The translations under genes and the position numbers were made by a program. DNA of 64,000 bases from Amoebidium appalachense (taxonomy: Eukaryota > Protista > Ichthyosporea). The notes under the pieces were generated by a model. That model did no database searches. It saw only the letters and a list, made by a program, of their open reading frames with translations, and had not been told where the DNA came from. Shown one piece after another: positions 31,430 through 46,126 of the stretch (position 1 is its first letter; each line of letters starts with the position of its first letter). The stretch spans positions 8,834,664 through 8,898,663 of the forward strand of contig CAVNZM010000011.1 of NCBI GenBank assembly GCA_963693365.1, in the 5' to 3' direction.

Positions 31430-32652
31430 ATGGATTATTCCCAGCAAGCTCCCGGGTCGGGGTCATACGAAACCAACATCAGCAAGTCCGCCGACCCCGT
31501 CACAACGCAAGCCCCCCCCCCATCCAACCCCCCCCCCACACTCCGGCGGCGAAGTCCCCTCCCCAACCAACCCCCCCACACTCAGGCTCCGGCGGCGACG
31601 TCCCCCCCCCCATCCAACCCCCCCCCACACTCCGGCGACACTGCTCCCGTCGATCCAAAAATGTTCGAAGAGTACTTGGAGACTGTGTTGCAGTCGAAAG
31701 TAGACAGTGCCATTGCCTCTGCATTGGCAAAGGTCGGTACTGCGGCCACTGCACCCGCTGTCACCACCCCAACCACCGAATTGCAGGAGAAGCTGGAAGC
31801 CGCAGAGAAAGAATTACAAACGAAGGATCACGACATCCAAATCCTTAAGGGGGAAATTGCCGAGCTAAAATCGGCGGCGGCCAAACAAAAACACCTTGCA
31901 GATGCAAAGGAACAGGTGTTATCGGCAAAGAATCGGGACCTCGAAGGGCAGCTTGTTGGAAAGGTGGCCGATATCCTGGAGCATCAGACTGAAGGGGAAA
32001 GATACCGGGCCGAGATTACCAAGCTTCAGTCACACATTGCGACCATGAGGGAATCATACCGTAGAACAATCGACGAGAGCACACAGAAACTTCGTGATTG
32101 GAATGACCCCCAGCCCCTCCCCGACATTACCGTCCAACACGGTCTCGCCCCCCCCCCCCCCCCCCTGGTACGACCAATCAAAATCCCATCCCCACCCTCC
32201 CCCCGCCCGGTACCACTCAGCCCAAAACCCCCCTCAACCTCCCCCTGCCCATTCTCCCCCTCCCCCCACCTGTCATGCCCGTACCCCCCTTCAATCCGTC
32301 CCTCACCACCGTTACCAGCACCCAATCCCACACTTTTGGTGCCTCCATGATGTCGAACCCCTCTGCATATTCCCAGGGTTCAAAGAGAGGGGTGTCAGAT
32401 ATTTCTTTTGGTGTGTACAAACGGCACCGCCAGGAAGAGACGTCATTTGAGACGGCATTAGATGAGGAATTGGAGGACATGATGGCTTTGGGCGAGAAGG
32501 TCGAGGGGAAGAAAGGGAAAGAAAGTGGTCGAGCAAAGAAACCAAAACAGAGTCAGAAACCAGCCCCTGCCCGCAGTGGCAGGACACGAGCAAAGCAAGT
32601 TTCAGATATACAGGTTATTCACGGGGACAGTGATGAAGACGATGAAGATTAG
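31430..32652 (+). CDS. Coiled-coil protein, probably 2 exons
   Basis: MDYSQQ start, Pro-rich repeats, heptad coiled coil, likely intron ~32168-32318, basic/acidic C-terminus. Confidence 0.6.
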
Positions 32653-32994
32653 GTTGGGAGTGGTGAGGGGTGTGTTTTGATTTTGTTGTATGTGTCAGGG
32701 GCTGGGTATGGCCACAGGGGCTGGCTGATGTATTTTAATATATGACTGTTGATACTGGTAGCACCTTACGGTTTCTGTATTTATGTTAACGAGCATCTTA
32801 TGGATCATAGCATGTAGGCATCTTTTTTTTTCTGGTTCTGGATGGTTTAGTATCTTGTGGTTATTATATATGTACAAGTCTTCTGGATGGTTTAGTATCT
32901 TGTGGTTATTATATATGTACAAGTCTTGTTTTGCTGTTTTCAACCGATTAAATATCGATTGTATACAAAGAAGTCCAGGTCCCTTTTGGTACAC

Positions 32995-33019
32995 ACTTGC
33001 ATGCACGTTCAAAGTCTCC

Positions 33020-33050
<31 letters not shown>

Positions 33051-33353
33051 ACACTCCCTCCCCATGCATGCATGCCCGTGTGGCACACAGTTTGTGTGCT
33101 TTCATAAGTCTATCGATGCATGCACGTTCAAAGTCTCCCCCCCCCCCCCCCCCCTCCCCACACTCCCTCCCCGTGCATGCATGCCCGTGTGGCACACAGT
33201 TTGTGTGCTTTCATAAGTCTATTGCATGCACGTTCAAAGTCTCCCCCCCCCCCCCCTCCCCCCTCCCCACACTCCCTCCCCATGCATGCATGCCCGTGTG
33301 GCACACAGTTTGTGTGCTTTCATAAGTCTATCGATGCATGCACGTTCAAAGTC

Positions 33354-33385
<32 letters not shown>

Positions 33386-34170
33386 ACACTCCCTCCCCGT
33401 GCATGCATGCCCGTGTGGCACACAGTTTGTGTGCTTTCATAAGTCTATCGATGCATGCATGCCCGTGTGGCACACAGTTTGTGTGCTTTCATAAGTCTAT
33501 TGCATGCACGTTCAAAGTCTCCCCCCCACCCCCCCCCCCCCCCCCCCACCCCACACTCCCTCCCCATGCATGCATGCCCGTGTGGCACACAGTTTGTGTG
33601 CTTTCATAAGTCTATTGCATGCACGTTCAAAGTCTCCCCCCCCCACCCCCCCCCTCCCCCCCCACCCCCCCCCCACCCCACACTCCCTCCCCATGCATGC
33701 ATGCCCGTGTGGCACACAGTTTGTGTGCTTTCATAAGTCTATCGATGTATATTGCATGCACGTTTAAAGTATTTATTTCCCCTCTTTTTGCACACACAGC
33801 TTTGCACACACAGCAACTGTCTTTTTATTGTATCCACTTTGGGTATGAAGCGCTGGCGCTGGGTTTGTCGTATACTCCACTTCGGGGCTTTTGTATGCAG
33901 CGCTTATTTCCCCTCTTTTTGCACACACAGCTTTGCACACACAGCAACTGTCTTTTTATTGTATCCACTTTGGGTATGAAGCGCTGGCGCTGGGTTTGTC
34001 GTATACTCCACTTCGGGGCTTTTGTATGCAGCGCTTATTTCCCCTCTTTTTGCACACACAGCTTTGCACACACAGCAACTGTCTTTTTATTGTATCCACT
34101 TTGGGTATGAAGCGCTGGCGCTGGGTTTGTCGTATACTCCACTTCGGGTCTTTTTGTATGCAGCGCTGGC
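32995..34170. repeat. ~110-125-bp tandem array followed by a 131-bp unit x3
   Basis: GCATGCCCGTGTGGCACACAGTTTGTGTGCTTTCATAAGTC about 7 times; TATTTCCCCTCTTTTTGCACACACAGC... three times. Confidence 0.9.
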
Positions 34171-34190
34171 GCGGTGACACGTCAATCGGA

Positions 34191-34511
34191 TTAAAAGTCC
34201 GAGTGACTTGTTTGTCTCAGAGCGGTGTCGTACTCCGCAGCACCCGTCTTCTTATTGAAATAGTATATGACTGCATACATCAATGGTGTAACCAATAAAC
34301 ATGTGAGGACAATAGCAGCGCTGACGTACACCAGATACATTTTGTTCACTTTCTCTCTAGCATTCGGTTCGGACTTCATTAAATTGTACCAGTGTATATT
34401 TGCAACGACACTGCATATAGATATCACATAAAGAATGCCTGTGGTGACCGTGCTGTCGAACATGTACGTGTACCTCACAAAACTTTCAGTATCCGACGTG
34501 TTACACCCCAA
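34191..34511 (-). CDS. Small two-TM membrane protein (5' end uncertain)
   Basis: Two hydrophobic segments in a 106-aa ORF with a non-ATG start. Confidence 0.4.
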   Translation of the reverse strand: MGCNTSDTESFVRYTYMFDSTVTTGILYVISICSVVANIHWYNLMKSEPNAREKVNKMYLVYVSAAIVLTCLLVTPLMYAVIYYFNKKTGAAEYDTALRQTSHSDF

Positions 34512-34767
34512 AAGTGACCTCTCTGAGATCTTGCCTGTGGTACAAACTCTTGATGCCGTGTTGCTCTTGTGTTTTACCAGTACCCCTCTCTCCAGATGCC
34601 GAATTTAGATTGGAATTCGTGAATACACCCATGTGATTGGTCAGTGGTTTGGCACCAAGAGATTGATTGATATGCCATCAACCAGTCAACAAAAAGTACT
34701 CGCTTTTACTTTTTGTCTCGCTTCACCCCAATCCAAGAACAGTGCACACCAAAACAAAACACTAGAA

Positions 34768-35250
34768 ATGGGAGACGCACTTTTGCGCCCCGATTCGGTT
34801 GACCCCGAACGATGCCCTGCATTTGCACCCTCAAAAAAAGCCCAGTGCAAAAACAAAAAGAAAACATGCCCACACCACAAGGACGGCTTCAAGCCCTGGG
34901 TATGCTTTGCCCCTGCCACCGGTGTCCTCCTCTACAGCGACAACACCATCAACATCCTCCACCCCCACAAGGCCGGGGACTATGCTCATGCAAACCTCCT
35001 GCTGGACGACCTCCTGGCCGCCTTTACAGTCGCAGAAATGCAGCGCCCTCGCACCGAGCGCACCGGGGTACCCGCGCTGACTGTGTCCACTCCGGATCCA
35101 CCCATGGGTGCACCACAGCCACCGGTTGCAGCTGCAGCGGTGGGTGTGGGCAGGGAAAATGGGTACTGCCAGGGCAAAACCAAGGCTGGCAATCCCTGCA
35201 AAAACAGGGTGAAATCTACGACCCATTGCCATAAGCACAAGCCCAAATAA
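34768..35250 (+). CDS. Protein with two C-x9/10-C...C-x2-H zinc fingers (type common in large DNA viruses)
   Basis: CPAFAPSKKAQCKNKKKTCPHH and CQGKTKAGNPCKNRVKSTTHCHKH. Confidence 0.7.
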   Translation: MGDALLRPDSVDPERCPAFAPSKKAQCKNKKKTCPHHKDGFKPWVCFAPATGVLLYSDNTINILHPHKAGDYAHANLLLDDLLAAFTVAEMQRPRTERTGVPALTVSTPDPPMGAPQPPVAAAAVGVGRENGYCQGKTKAGNPCKNRVKSTTHCHKHKPK

Positions 35251-35561
35251 AAAAACCACCCACACACCCACACGTGCCAACATACACTATCCTCCCCGTG
35301 AGTGGCATGCCAGTCTCCCCAGCCCCCCTGCCCCCCAGTCCCCCCTGCCCCCCTGCCCCCCTGCCCCCCTGCTCCCCTGCCACATGCACACCCACACACT
35401 GGGTGCCCCCCCTGCTCCCCTGCCTCCCGGAACCAGGCCCCAGTGAGTGCTCACGTGCCCCCCCTGCCTCCCCTGCCTCCCCTGCCCCCCTGCCTCCCGG
35501 AACCAGGCCCCCCAGTGGTGGCATTCCAACACGTGCATGCTAGAAGATGGTTTTATTGGCA

Positions 35562-35990
35562 TTAGAACCTAGGCATGACCAGTGCCGTGAAGCCTTCTCT
35601 GTTGAGTTCCAATTGGCCGTCGCTGTTGATCTGTGTGAGCCAGATGACTTCCATCCCACACTGGGCACTCACGTGGATGCCATGCAGAATGAAGCCATCC
35701 ACAATGCTCTTAATCTTTGCTGCTTTTGGAAACTCGTTACCATAAAAGTGCACACGTGTCTGGTGCATGGGATAGCTCAGACGGTAGAACACTATCTGGC
35801 CCATTGCTGTCTTGTATAGGTTCCATGACTTAACTTCAATCAGCTCGGTAGCTGTAAGTATATCAATTCGCCCGTGTATTGTATTAACTTCAACAGTACC
35901 ATCAAGCTTATCAGCAAGCATGTCACGCACCACTTTCTCTACACTTCCATTGCGCCGTGCTACATGAACAAATGGTCTTAACTCAGCCAT
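35562..35990 (-). CDS. Stand-alone PD-(D/E)xK nuclease paralog
   Basis: EKVVRDMLA...EVNTIHGRIDILTATELIEVKSWNLYKTAMGQIVFY with catalytic residues intact. Confidence 0.8.
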   Translation of the reverse strand: MAELRPFVHVARRNGSVEKVVRDMLADKLDGTVEVNTIHGRIDILTATELIEVKSWNLYKTAMGQIVFYRLSYPMHQTRVHFYGNEFPKAAKIKSIVDGFILHGIHVSAQCGMEVIWLTQINSDGQLELNREGFTALVMPRF

Positions 35991-36732
35991 ACATGGGGGA
36001 TAGATAGTATCACACAACCATGGTTCCCCCACTCTCCCCAGCCTCCTGTGCACGTGTGCCTCCCCCGACCCCCTGCCTCCCCTGCACGTGTGCCCCCCCT
36101 CCTGCCGGAACCACGGCCCCCAGTGGTGGCAGCCAGTGCCTTACATGCTAATCTATTCTATGGCCACATGGCCAGATGGCCAGATTGTTTTGACTTCAGG
36201 TGGATCCCCCCCCCTGCTCACAGACTGAATTTGATCTGGCCATCTGGCCATCTGGGTATAAACCGTTTTCTGTTCTAATATTGGAGAACTGTCGATAGTG
36301 ATAGAAAATGTCATTGGAAGAACAATCGGGAAATCCCGCGGTGTGACAACCAATCAGAATGAAGCAATATTGGCCAGACTCTGGAAGACCCCCCTCCCCC
36401 CTCAGATTGCGACATCAAAAATTAGAAAATATAAATACTTTAATTAGCCCCATATTTTAGGAAGCATCCCCATCATCCCTGAGACATACTAAGCATGTGA
36501 AGCATCATTTTGGCGCGCTTCGACTACCAAATATGTATACAAAAGAGTATCTCAAGAACTCCGGATTTGCCGATCTATCCCAGACCTTGAAATAGTACAT
36601 CGATTCAATGTCGCACACATCGATTCAAATGTCGCTTTTTATTATCTGCTAATAAATAGTATCCTTCGCGCATCCACCCCTAAACCAGGCCATCCATGGC
36701 CCTAAGGGCCGGGGAACACCCCCATCCATGTC

Positions 36733-37917
36733 ATGGCACATGCCTATAATCGTTTCAGAACCTCTTTCAAAGTTCCATCTACACCCATCACACATGTGCG
36801 ACCATTAAAACGTCCAGCAGATACACCTACCACAGATGCACAACCAGAAAAACATCGCCTTAGACTAAGCGCAACACCTATTTACAATACACTACCCATT
36901 CAGAATAACACCACACCACTCCGTAGAAACACAATAACAACCATGCCGAAACTTTCGGTTGATACAGTACTGGCAGAACTTGCCCTCGTTAAGAAACAGC
37001 TAAATGAGCTGTTACCACTCAAGAACATGATAGAAAAACTCCAAACAGAAAATACCCAACTCAAGCTCACCATTGATTCACTCACAGCCCAGCTAAACAT
37101 TAGTGGATCGCAAAACCCCAAAACTCATGAGCAAACATCTCGCGACGGAGACATTTCCACCCCAACACAAAACAACACAGGACCGGAAGCACAGCTCCCG
37201 GCAGAGTTCCTAGAATATGCGAACTCTCGTAAAACACCCGAGCTCCGCCAAATTGCCAAGGAAACATATGCCAGCATTCTTGCAGGCAACGAGTACCGCC
37301 GCAACTCCCCTCCCAAACCGCCGGCTAAGGGGAACACCCAAGCAAACGGTAACATCAACATCCCACCCAAATACGAGAGGGTGTATTTCAAAGTCAAGCA
37401 CGGCAGACGCCCACACAGGGCCATGTGGTCCATCTTCAAGGCTCTCGGCTTTCGGTGCTCTCGCATCCTTTGTCTGTCCTTCATTGGATACGATGTGCTG
37501 GAAGTAGCAGTACGGGGCGACTATAACCGTGCGTTCATCCGAGACGCGACAAAGGGGTGTGGAAGCTTCTTCACCCACCTCCCAAGCTACGACCCATGCG
37601 CGCCGGAAAACATTCAGAAAGCAGACAAAGAACGTAAAGTGTCTGCTAAGAATGCGTGCGCCACACGTTGTCGTGTACGCATCAGCAAGGCAAAAGAGTT
37701 CCTCGCAAAGTTGGAAAACGATGCTACGAGCGTGATAGACACGGACACGAAGGAACCAATGTTTTCTGGTGAGAAACTGCTCGAGCGCAAACGCCGATGC
37801 GAGATGGAAATCGAGCTCTTCTGCGAACTGTTCGCGCTGGCGGAAGGTCGTGCATACGACCCCGTAAGCGACAAGTGGGAACCAACCCCACAGGTGTCGG
37901 ACCAAACCGATGCCTAA
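36733..37917 (+). CDS. LINE ORF1 (coiled coil plus RRM-like region)
   Basis: 394 aa with a coiled coil, directly upstream of and overlapping ORF2. Confidence 0.85.
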   Translation: MAHAYNRFRTSFKVPSTPITHVRPLKRPADTPTTDAQPEKHRLRLSATPIYNTLPIQNNTTPLRRNTITTMPKLSVDTVLAELALVKKQLNELLPLKNMIEKLQTENTQLKLTIDSLTAQLNISGSQNPKTHEQTSRDGDISTPTQNNTGPEAQLPAEFLEYANSRKTPELRQIAKETYASILAGNEYRRNSPPKPPAKGNTQANGNINIPPKYERVYFKVKHGRRPHRAMWSIFKALGFRCSRILCLSFIGYDVLEVAVRGDYNRAFIRDATKGCGSFFTHLPSYDPCAPENIQKADKERKVSAKNACATRCRVRISKAKEFLAKLENDATSVIDTDTKEPMFSGEKLLERKRRCEMEIELFCELFALAEGRAYDPVSDKWEPTPQVSDQTDA

Positions 37918-40900
37918 TTTATCCTTCTTCTTCTGGAATGCTCGGACACTGGGCCCCCAAAAGGGCCTCCCCCCCGGGACACTCGACGATAAAATCAGCT
38001 ACATACAACAACAGACAAACAACCACACGTTTACAGTGATTTGCGAAACACAGTTTAAAAACCACCACAAATTCAACTCTACATTGGTCGACACATCCAC
38101 ACACCCCGGTTACGCGAAAAACCGAGGCATTATTGTACTTGCCGCACCACACGTGAGAGTGAAGTGCAAACCGGTAGCAAAAACGGAATTCTCGGTTTCT
38201 ATAGAGTTTCTTTCTAATGTTTTTACTTTTGTATATTACCCACCATCTATGTCGGTTGTCGAATTGACTCACGAGTTGTCACAGTTACCAATGTCCACTG
38301 TTATTTTAGGTGATTTTAACACGCGACTCCACCACACAGACACACTGCAAGTGAGTGTCGGGTACCCATCTAAGCCCCCGGAGCGTGCTATCCCTTTAGC
38401 AAGGTATGTCCAAAGTCACACTTTGCGGTTCCCTCAAATATCCCATGCCCACAACACCGACTGGGGAGTGGCCTTTTGGCCATCAACCATGTCAAAACTC
38501 TCTCTCCCTCCTAACCTCTCTAGGTCATCTGACCACTCTCCTATCCTTTTCCTACCTAAGATCTCCCTTGATCTGCTCCCCCCTCCTCCTCCCACCTTTC
38601 GCCTCCGTCTATCCCAGCTTAAGTCACAGTGGGGTAGAGTCGATGTATGTGTATGCTATGCTACGAAACACCCTATATATATGCGCCTATTAGAATCTGC
38701 ACAAGCCAGGCCAGATTCACATCTCGTACTAGATACATGCACTAACTTTATTGTTGATGATTTGATAGATCTCGGTGATTATGCTGGCGGTGGTAGGAAG
38801 GAATATCCCGATGCTCTCTTGTTACCAAACACCACTCCCGCTAGACTAGGTGAACCCCTGTCTCAAAAGGAAAGCTTGCGCCGGCTTGCTAGTATGAATC
38901 GATTTGGCCCCCCTGCTCGTATTATTGGTGATACCACTGGAGACCCCCTCATAGACTCTGATAAGTATTTCTCGGAACTGTTTAAAGATAGGACCCCCGC
39001 TCAGAAACCTATTGTGTGGCCTGTAGACCCATCTATCCCCATAGAATCGATCCTCCCCTTTTTCAGTCCCGATGCCATATGGTCTGTGATATCTAGTTAT
39101 AGCTCTAGTAAGTCTTGTGGACCTGATGGACTCCCTGCTGGGTTTCTTAAAATCCTTGTTCCCTCCTACCCACAAAAGGAAAGTGATCGTGCTATTAAAC
39201 CTGATCTTACTATCATGTTAAGCTCTCTCTTTTCTTGGTGTGTTAAATGTGGACATGTCCCGTCATCTTGGTTAGATACCTTAGTGATCCCCATAGTTAA
39301 GAAGGACTCTGAGGGCCCCATATCATCCTTTCGCCCCATTACACTAACCCAGGTTGTTCGTAGATTCTTTGAAGCTTGCTTACTTAGGTTATTTGCACAT
39401 CACCCTAGGTTTCAATCTATTCTTCACATACACCCATGCCAATCCGCTTTTCGTAAAAACAATTCATGTTATGTTCAAATAATGGCACTGCACGATTCTA
39501 TGCAAGTTGGTGCACAATATGTTGGCTTTATTGATTGGAAAACTGCTTACGATTCTGTCTCCCCTGGTCTCCTATGGGAAAAGCTTGCTGCACGGGGTGT
39601 ACCACACTGCATTGGTGTTCTGTTAGAAGCACTCTTGTCTCAAACCTATGGTAGAGCTGTGGTTAATGGGCATCTTTCATATGGTTTTGCTCGTACTAGA
39701 GGTCTCTTGCAGGGTTCATTGCTTAGCCCCTTTTTGTTTAACCTATTTATAGATGATTTGGCTGTCAAGATTTACGCCGAAAACGATGACCCTATTAATA
39801 ACTTTCCGCCTGCACTTCTCTATGCTGATGATCTGTCCCTCCTTGCCCGTACCCCTAGACGCCTGCAAAGATTGTTCGATGTAGTGTCAGAGTGGTGCAA
39901 GGCAAACCTTATGATCCTTAACATAGACAAATGTGGTGTTCTTGTACCTGATATAGCTAACAATTTACACACATTTACATTATCATCTAAACCTGTACCT
40001 ATAGTTCCAGAATACAAATATCTTGGTGTTCCGGTTGATTCTGTTGGTGTTATGTTTCCCCATATGGTCGAAAAGAGGGTAGAGTTGGCTCGTAAGCGGT
40101 TAGCTTTCTTCTCGGCTAATATTTTTAAAGACACACCCCTCCATCCTTCTATTAGACTTACATTTATTCGCACTTTTGTCTTCCCGGCATGTGAATATGG
40201 TTTACCCCTTCTCGCCGCTTGGATCAAGAAAGAGAGAACTAGAGCGCTTAAACCCCTGGCAAATTTCCTTGAAGCAGAAGTTGCCTCCTTTCTATCTAAC
40301 AACTGTTGTAAACCTGGGCCTGTAACGCTCTCGATATATGGTCTGGTCCCAATAGCTTCTAGAGTATCCTATCTCGCGCTGAAATTCAATAAGCACATAA
40401 GCCGCTTAAAGAAGTATTTGCCCTCCCACCCTCTCTTCTCTATCCGACCTGTCCCCTCCTCACCTCTCCCCTCTTTCCTCCCCTCTCTCTCCCCTTCTCC
40501 CCTGGGCACAAATACAAATAAACCCCGCAATAGTGTGTGTGTGACTTTGGACTGCCACTTACTTGTTAAACATGTACACAATCACAAGATAATCACGCAA
40601 TATAACAAATGGAAAAAGATACCACACGACACTAGACCCGATGAAAGCATACACCTTGAAAAACTAAGCCTTATGTCTCGTTTTATATATACTGACCGCC
40701 TCAACCATATTGCCAAATATGGCACTCGCAAGTGTATAACACCTAAATACATATTACCTTCCTGTAGAACTGGTCTTTCTCTAGCTGATGGTATTATTGA
40801 TCAATTACCACGCTTTTACTGTAAACGTGCTATACAGTGGAGATCTAATAAGTATAAGGTGGCATCATTTGCATGCCCAAACAACACACACACACACCAG

Positions 40901-41104
40901 TTTAACCGGTCATGTATCGCCAAATGTAGTTTGATAGACCACATAATACCGCAACACACACACGTCACATTCACAACAGACACCCAGAAAGATAGCCTAC
41001 CTGTAAATTACAACATCCTTGATTTTATACTAAACACGCGTAACTACGACCTGTTTATTAGATGTATTGATTGGCTTGAGAAACACATCACTACAAAATT
41101 ATAG
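37910..41104 (+). CDS. LINE ORF2: apurinic endonuclease plus reverse transcriptase
   Basis: WNART, CET, GDFN, SDH (APE); GPDG, RPITL, FIDWKTAYDSV, QGSLLSP, YADD, YKYLG (RT). Confidence 0.97.
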   Translation: MPNLSFFFWNARTLGPQKGLPPGTLDDKISYIQQQTNNHTFTVICETQFKNHHKFNSTLVDTSTHPGYAKNRGIIVLAAPHVRVKCKPVAKTEFSVSIEFLSNVFTFVYYPPSMSVVELTHELSQLPMSTVILGDFNTRLHHTDTLQVSVGYPSKPPERAIPLARYVQSHTLRFPQISHAHNTDWGVAFWPSTMSKLSLPPNLSRSSDHSPILFLPKISLDLLPPPPPTFRLRLSQLKSQWGRVDVCVCYATKHPIYMRLLESAQARPDSHLVLDTCTNFIVDDLIDLGDYAGGGRKEYPDALLLPNTTPARLGEPLSQKESLRRLASMNRFGPPARIIGDTTGDPLIDSDKYFSELFKDRTPAQKPIVWPVDPSIPIESILPFFSPDAIWSVISSYSSSKSCGPDGLPAGFLKILVPSYPQKESDRAIKPDLTIMLSSLFSWCVKCGHVPSSWLDTLVIPIVKKDSEGPISSFRPITLTQVVRRFFEACLLRLFAHHPRFQSILHIHPCQSAFRKNNSCYVQIMALHDSMQVGAQYVGFIDWKTAYDSVSPGLLWEKLAARGVPHCIGVLLEALLSQTYGRAVVNGHLSYGFARTRGLLQGSLLSPFLFNLFIDDLAVKIYAENDDPINNFPPALLYADDLSLLARTPRRLQRLFDVVSEWCKANLMILNIDKCGVLVPDIANNLHTFTLSSKPVPIVPEYKYLGVPVDSVGVMFPHMVEKRVELARKRLAFFSANIFKDTPLHPSIRLTFIRTFVFPACEYGLPLLAAWIKKERTRALKPLANFLEAEVASFLSNNCCKPGPVTLSIYGLVPIASRVSYLALKFNKHISRLKKYLPSHPLFSIRPVPSSPLPSFLPSLSPSPLGTNTNKPRNSVCVTLDCHLLVKHVHNHKIITQYNKWKKIPHDTRPDESIHLEKLSLMSRFIYTDRLNHIAKYGTRKCITPKYILPSCRTGLSLADGIIDQLPRFYCKRAIQWRSNKYKVASFACPNNTHTHQFNRSCIAKCSLIDHIIPQHTHVTFTTDTQKDSLPVNYNILDFILNTRNYDLFIRCIDWLEKHITTKL

Positions 41105-41108
41105 CGCA

Positions 41109-41179
<71 letters not shown>

Positions 41180-41211
41180 CCAGCTGATACCGAGTGTCCC
41201 GAGGGGAGCCC

Positions 41212-41258
<47 letters not shown>

Positions 41259-41879
41259 GGGGAACCCCAACTAATTGATTTCTCCTTGTAGTCTTTATGG
41301 TGTCTCGTAGAGAAAGTAAACCCTGATATATAGTCACCACCCGACATCTATGTACGTGATCATGATATACCGCTGAGGGGATATTCCGAGCAAAACCCCC
41401 CCCCCATACCTGAGACTGGTTCTCTTTGCCTCGAGTAAACAGCGTAAACCCCCTAGTATATATCCACCCCACGTGCACCTGGATAGATCGTCTATCCAGG
41501 GTCCCCCTAAATATCATTTGGATCTATCCCTAAAGTGCCTGAATATCCCGGATATATCACAAATCCTGAGGCCCCCCATCTATCCCAAAATTCTCCGGGA
41601 TTAATTTACATGCCCCTACCCTTTCGCCCCCACCACCCGCCTTACACACAAACACACATACATGCCGGTGACCCAACCCCACCCAACAAAATCGCAAAAA
41701 GTATGCGCATATACAATGATAGCACCACCTGGTCCAGATGCAGGCAATCACACTGCTGTGCATACATTGCACATTTGTGATCATGTTAACTGCAAGCCCG
41801 ACATCTTATGTACCTCTATTGCGGTAAATATGAGCCCCGTTTGATGCCCTAGATCTAGAGCATTGGGTTACAGTATGCT

Positions 41880-45350
<3,471 letters not shown>

Positions 45351-46126
45351 TTATGGTGGTGGTGGCCCAGTGGTGGTGGTGATGGGAGCTGATGCAGCTG
45401 CCAAAACCTCCGAGTATCATGCCTGTGGATCGGTCATCATGATCCAACATTAATTAGTGTAAAATAATAGAACACATTCTGAATTGTCATCTGGGTCCAG
45501 CCAGATTAACACACACAACTTAGTCAACAATACTTGACCAATTCAACGACTTACTAATATAACTTAAATAGTTTTCACAATCATGTACCATCACTATTAT
45601 AAGTCAAGCTCGAGCTCAGCCGCTCTATTAGCTTCATAACAACAAGGAGATGCCTAAAAAGGAAGGTTAATCGGTTTAAAAAATGAAATGGATTGCAATT
45701 GACCCTTTCATTGATTCACTCGAGTCGTAATTATGGGGTTACAAGCACGTGCACTCAGAAAATCCGCCTTGCATGTCGAGCATATTTTTGTAACAAAATT
45801 GCACATTCGCACATACTTTTCAACCCAACAGCAAAAGACCCACACTAAAAAATAATCGAACGTCATGGAATACGGCTTTCTAAGATAGGTTCTTGAATTA
45901 GAGAATGCATACGTCTTATACGCAACAGGTTTATCACAGCTAAGACATATCGTGTTGCAGCAATACACGTCAGATACCGGTTTGAATAACACCCGGTCAG
46001 TAATGCTAACATAAAATGTTAGTTAGCCAACTATGTCGTACAGGCTGAGCATACACCGTCACGAATCGCTAAGTAGACAGCCTAAATAAAATCATTGAAA
46101 CCAAACATGCATTCCCATGTGGTGCA

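Larger units (their letters stand above)
36650..41257 (+). mobile_element. Full-length non-LTR retrotransposon (APE-RT LINE)
   Basis: Two intact ORFs, short 3' UTR with (CA)n, A42 run at 41216-41257. The 5' end is approximate. Confidence 0.9.

Noticed and set aside
36590-36660. LINE target-site duplication
   Set aside because: No convincing direct repeat matches the sequence after the A-run; the ACATCGATTCAA(A)TGTCGC duplication is local only.
41175-41275. Hammerhead or HDV ribozyme at the LINE ends
   Set aside because: CTGATAC does not match the CUGANGA core, no matching GAAA stem was found, and I could not build an HDV pseudoknot.
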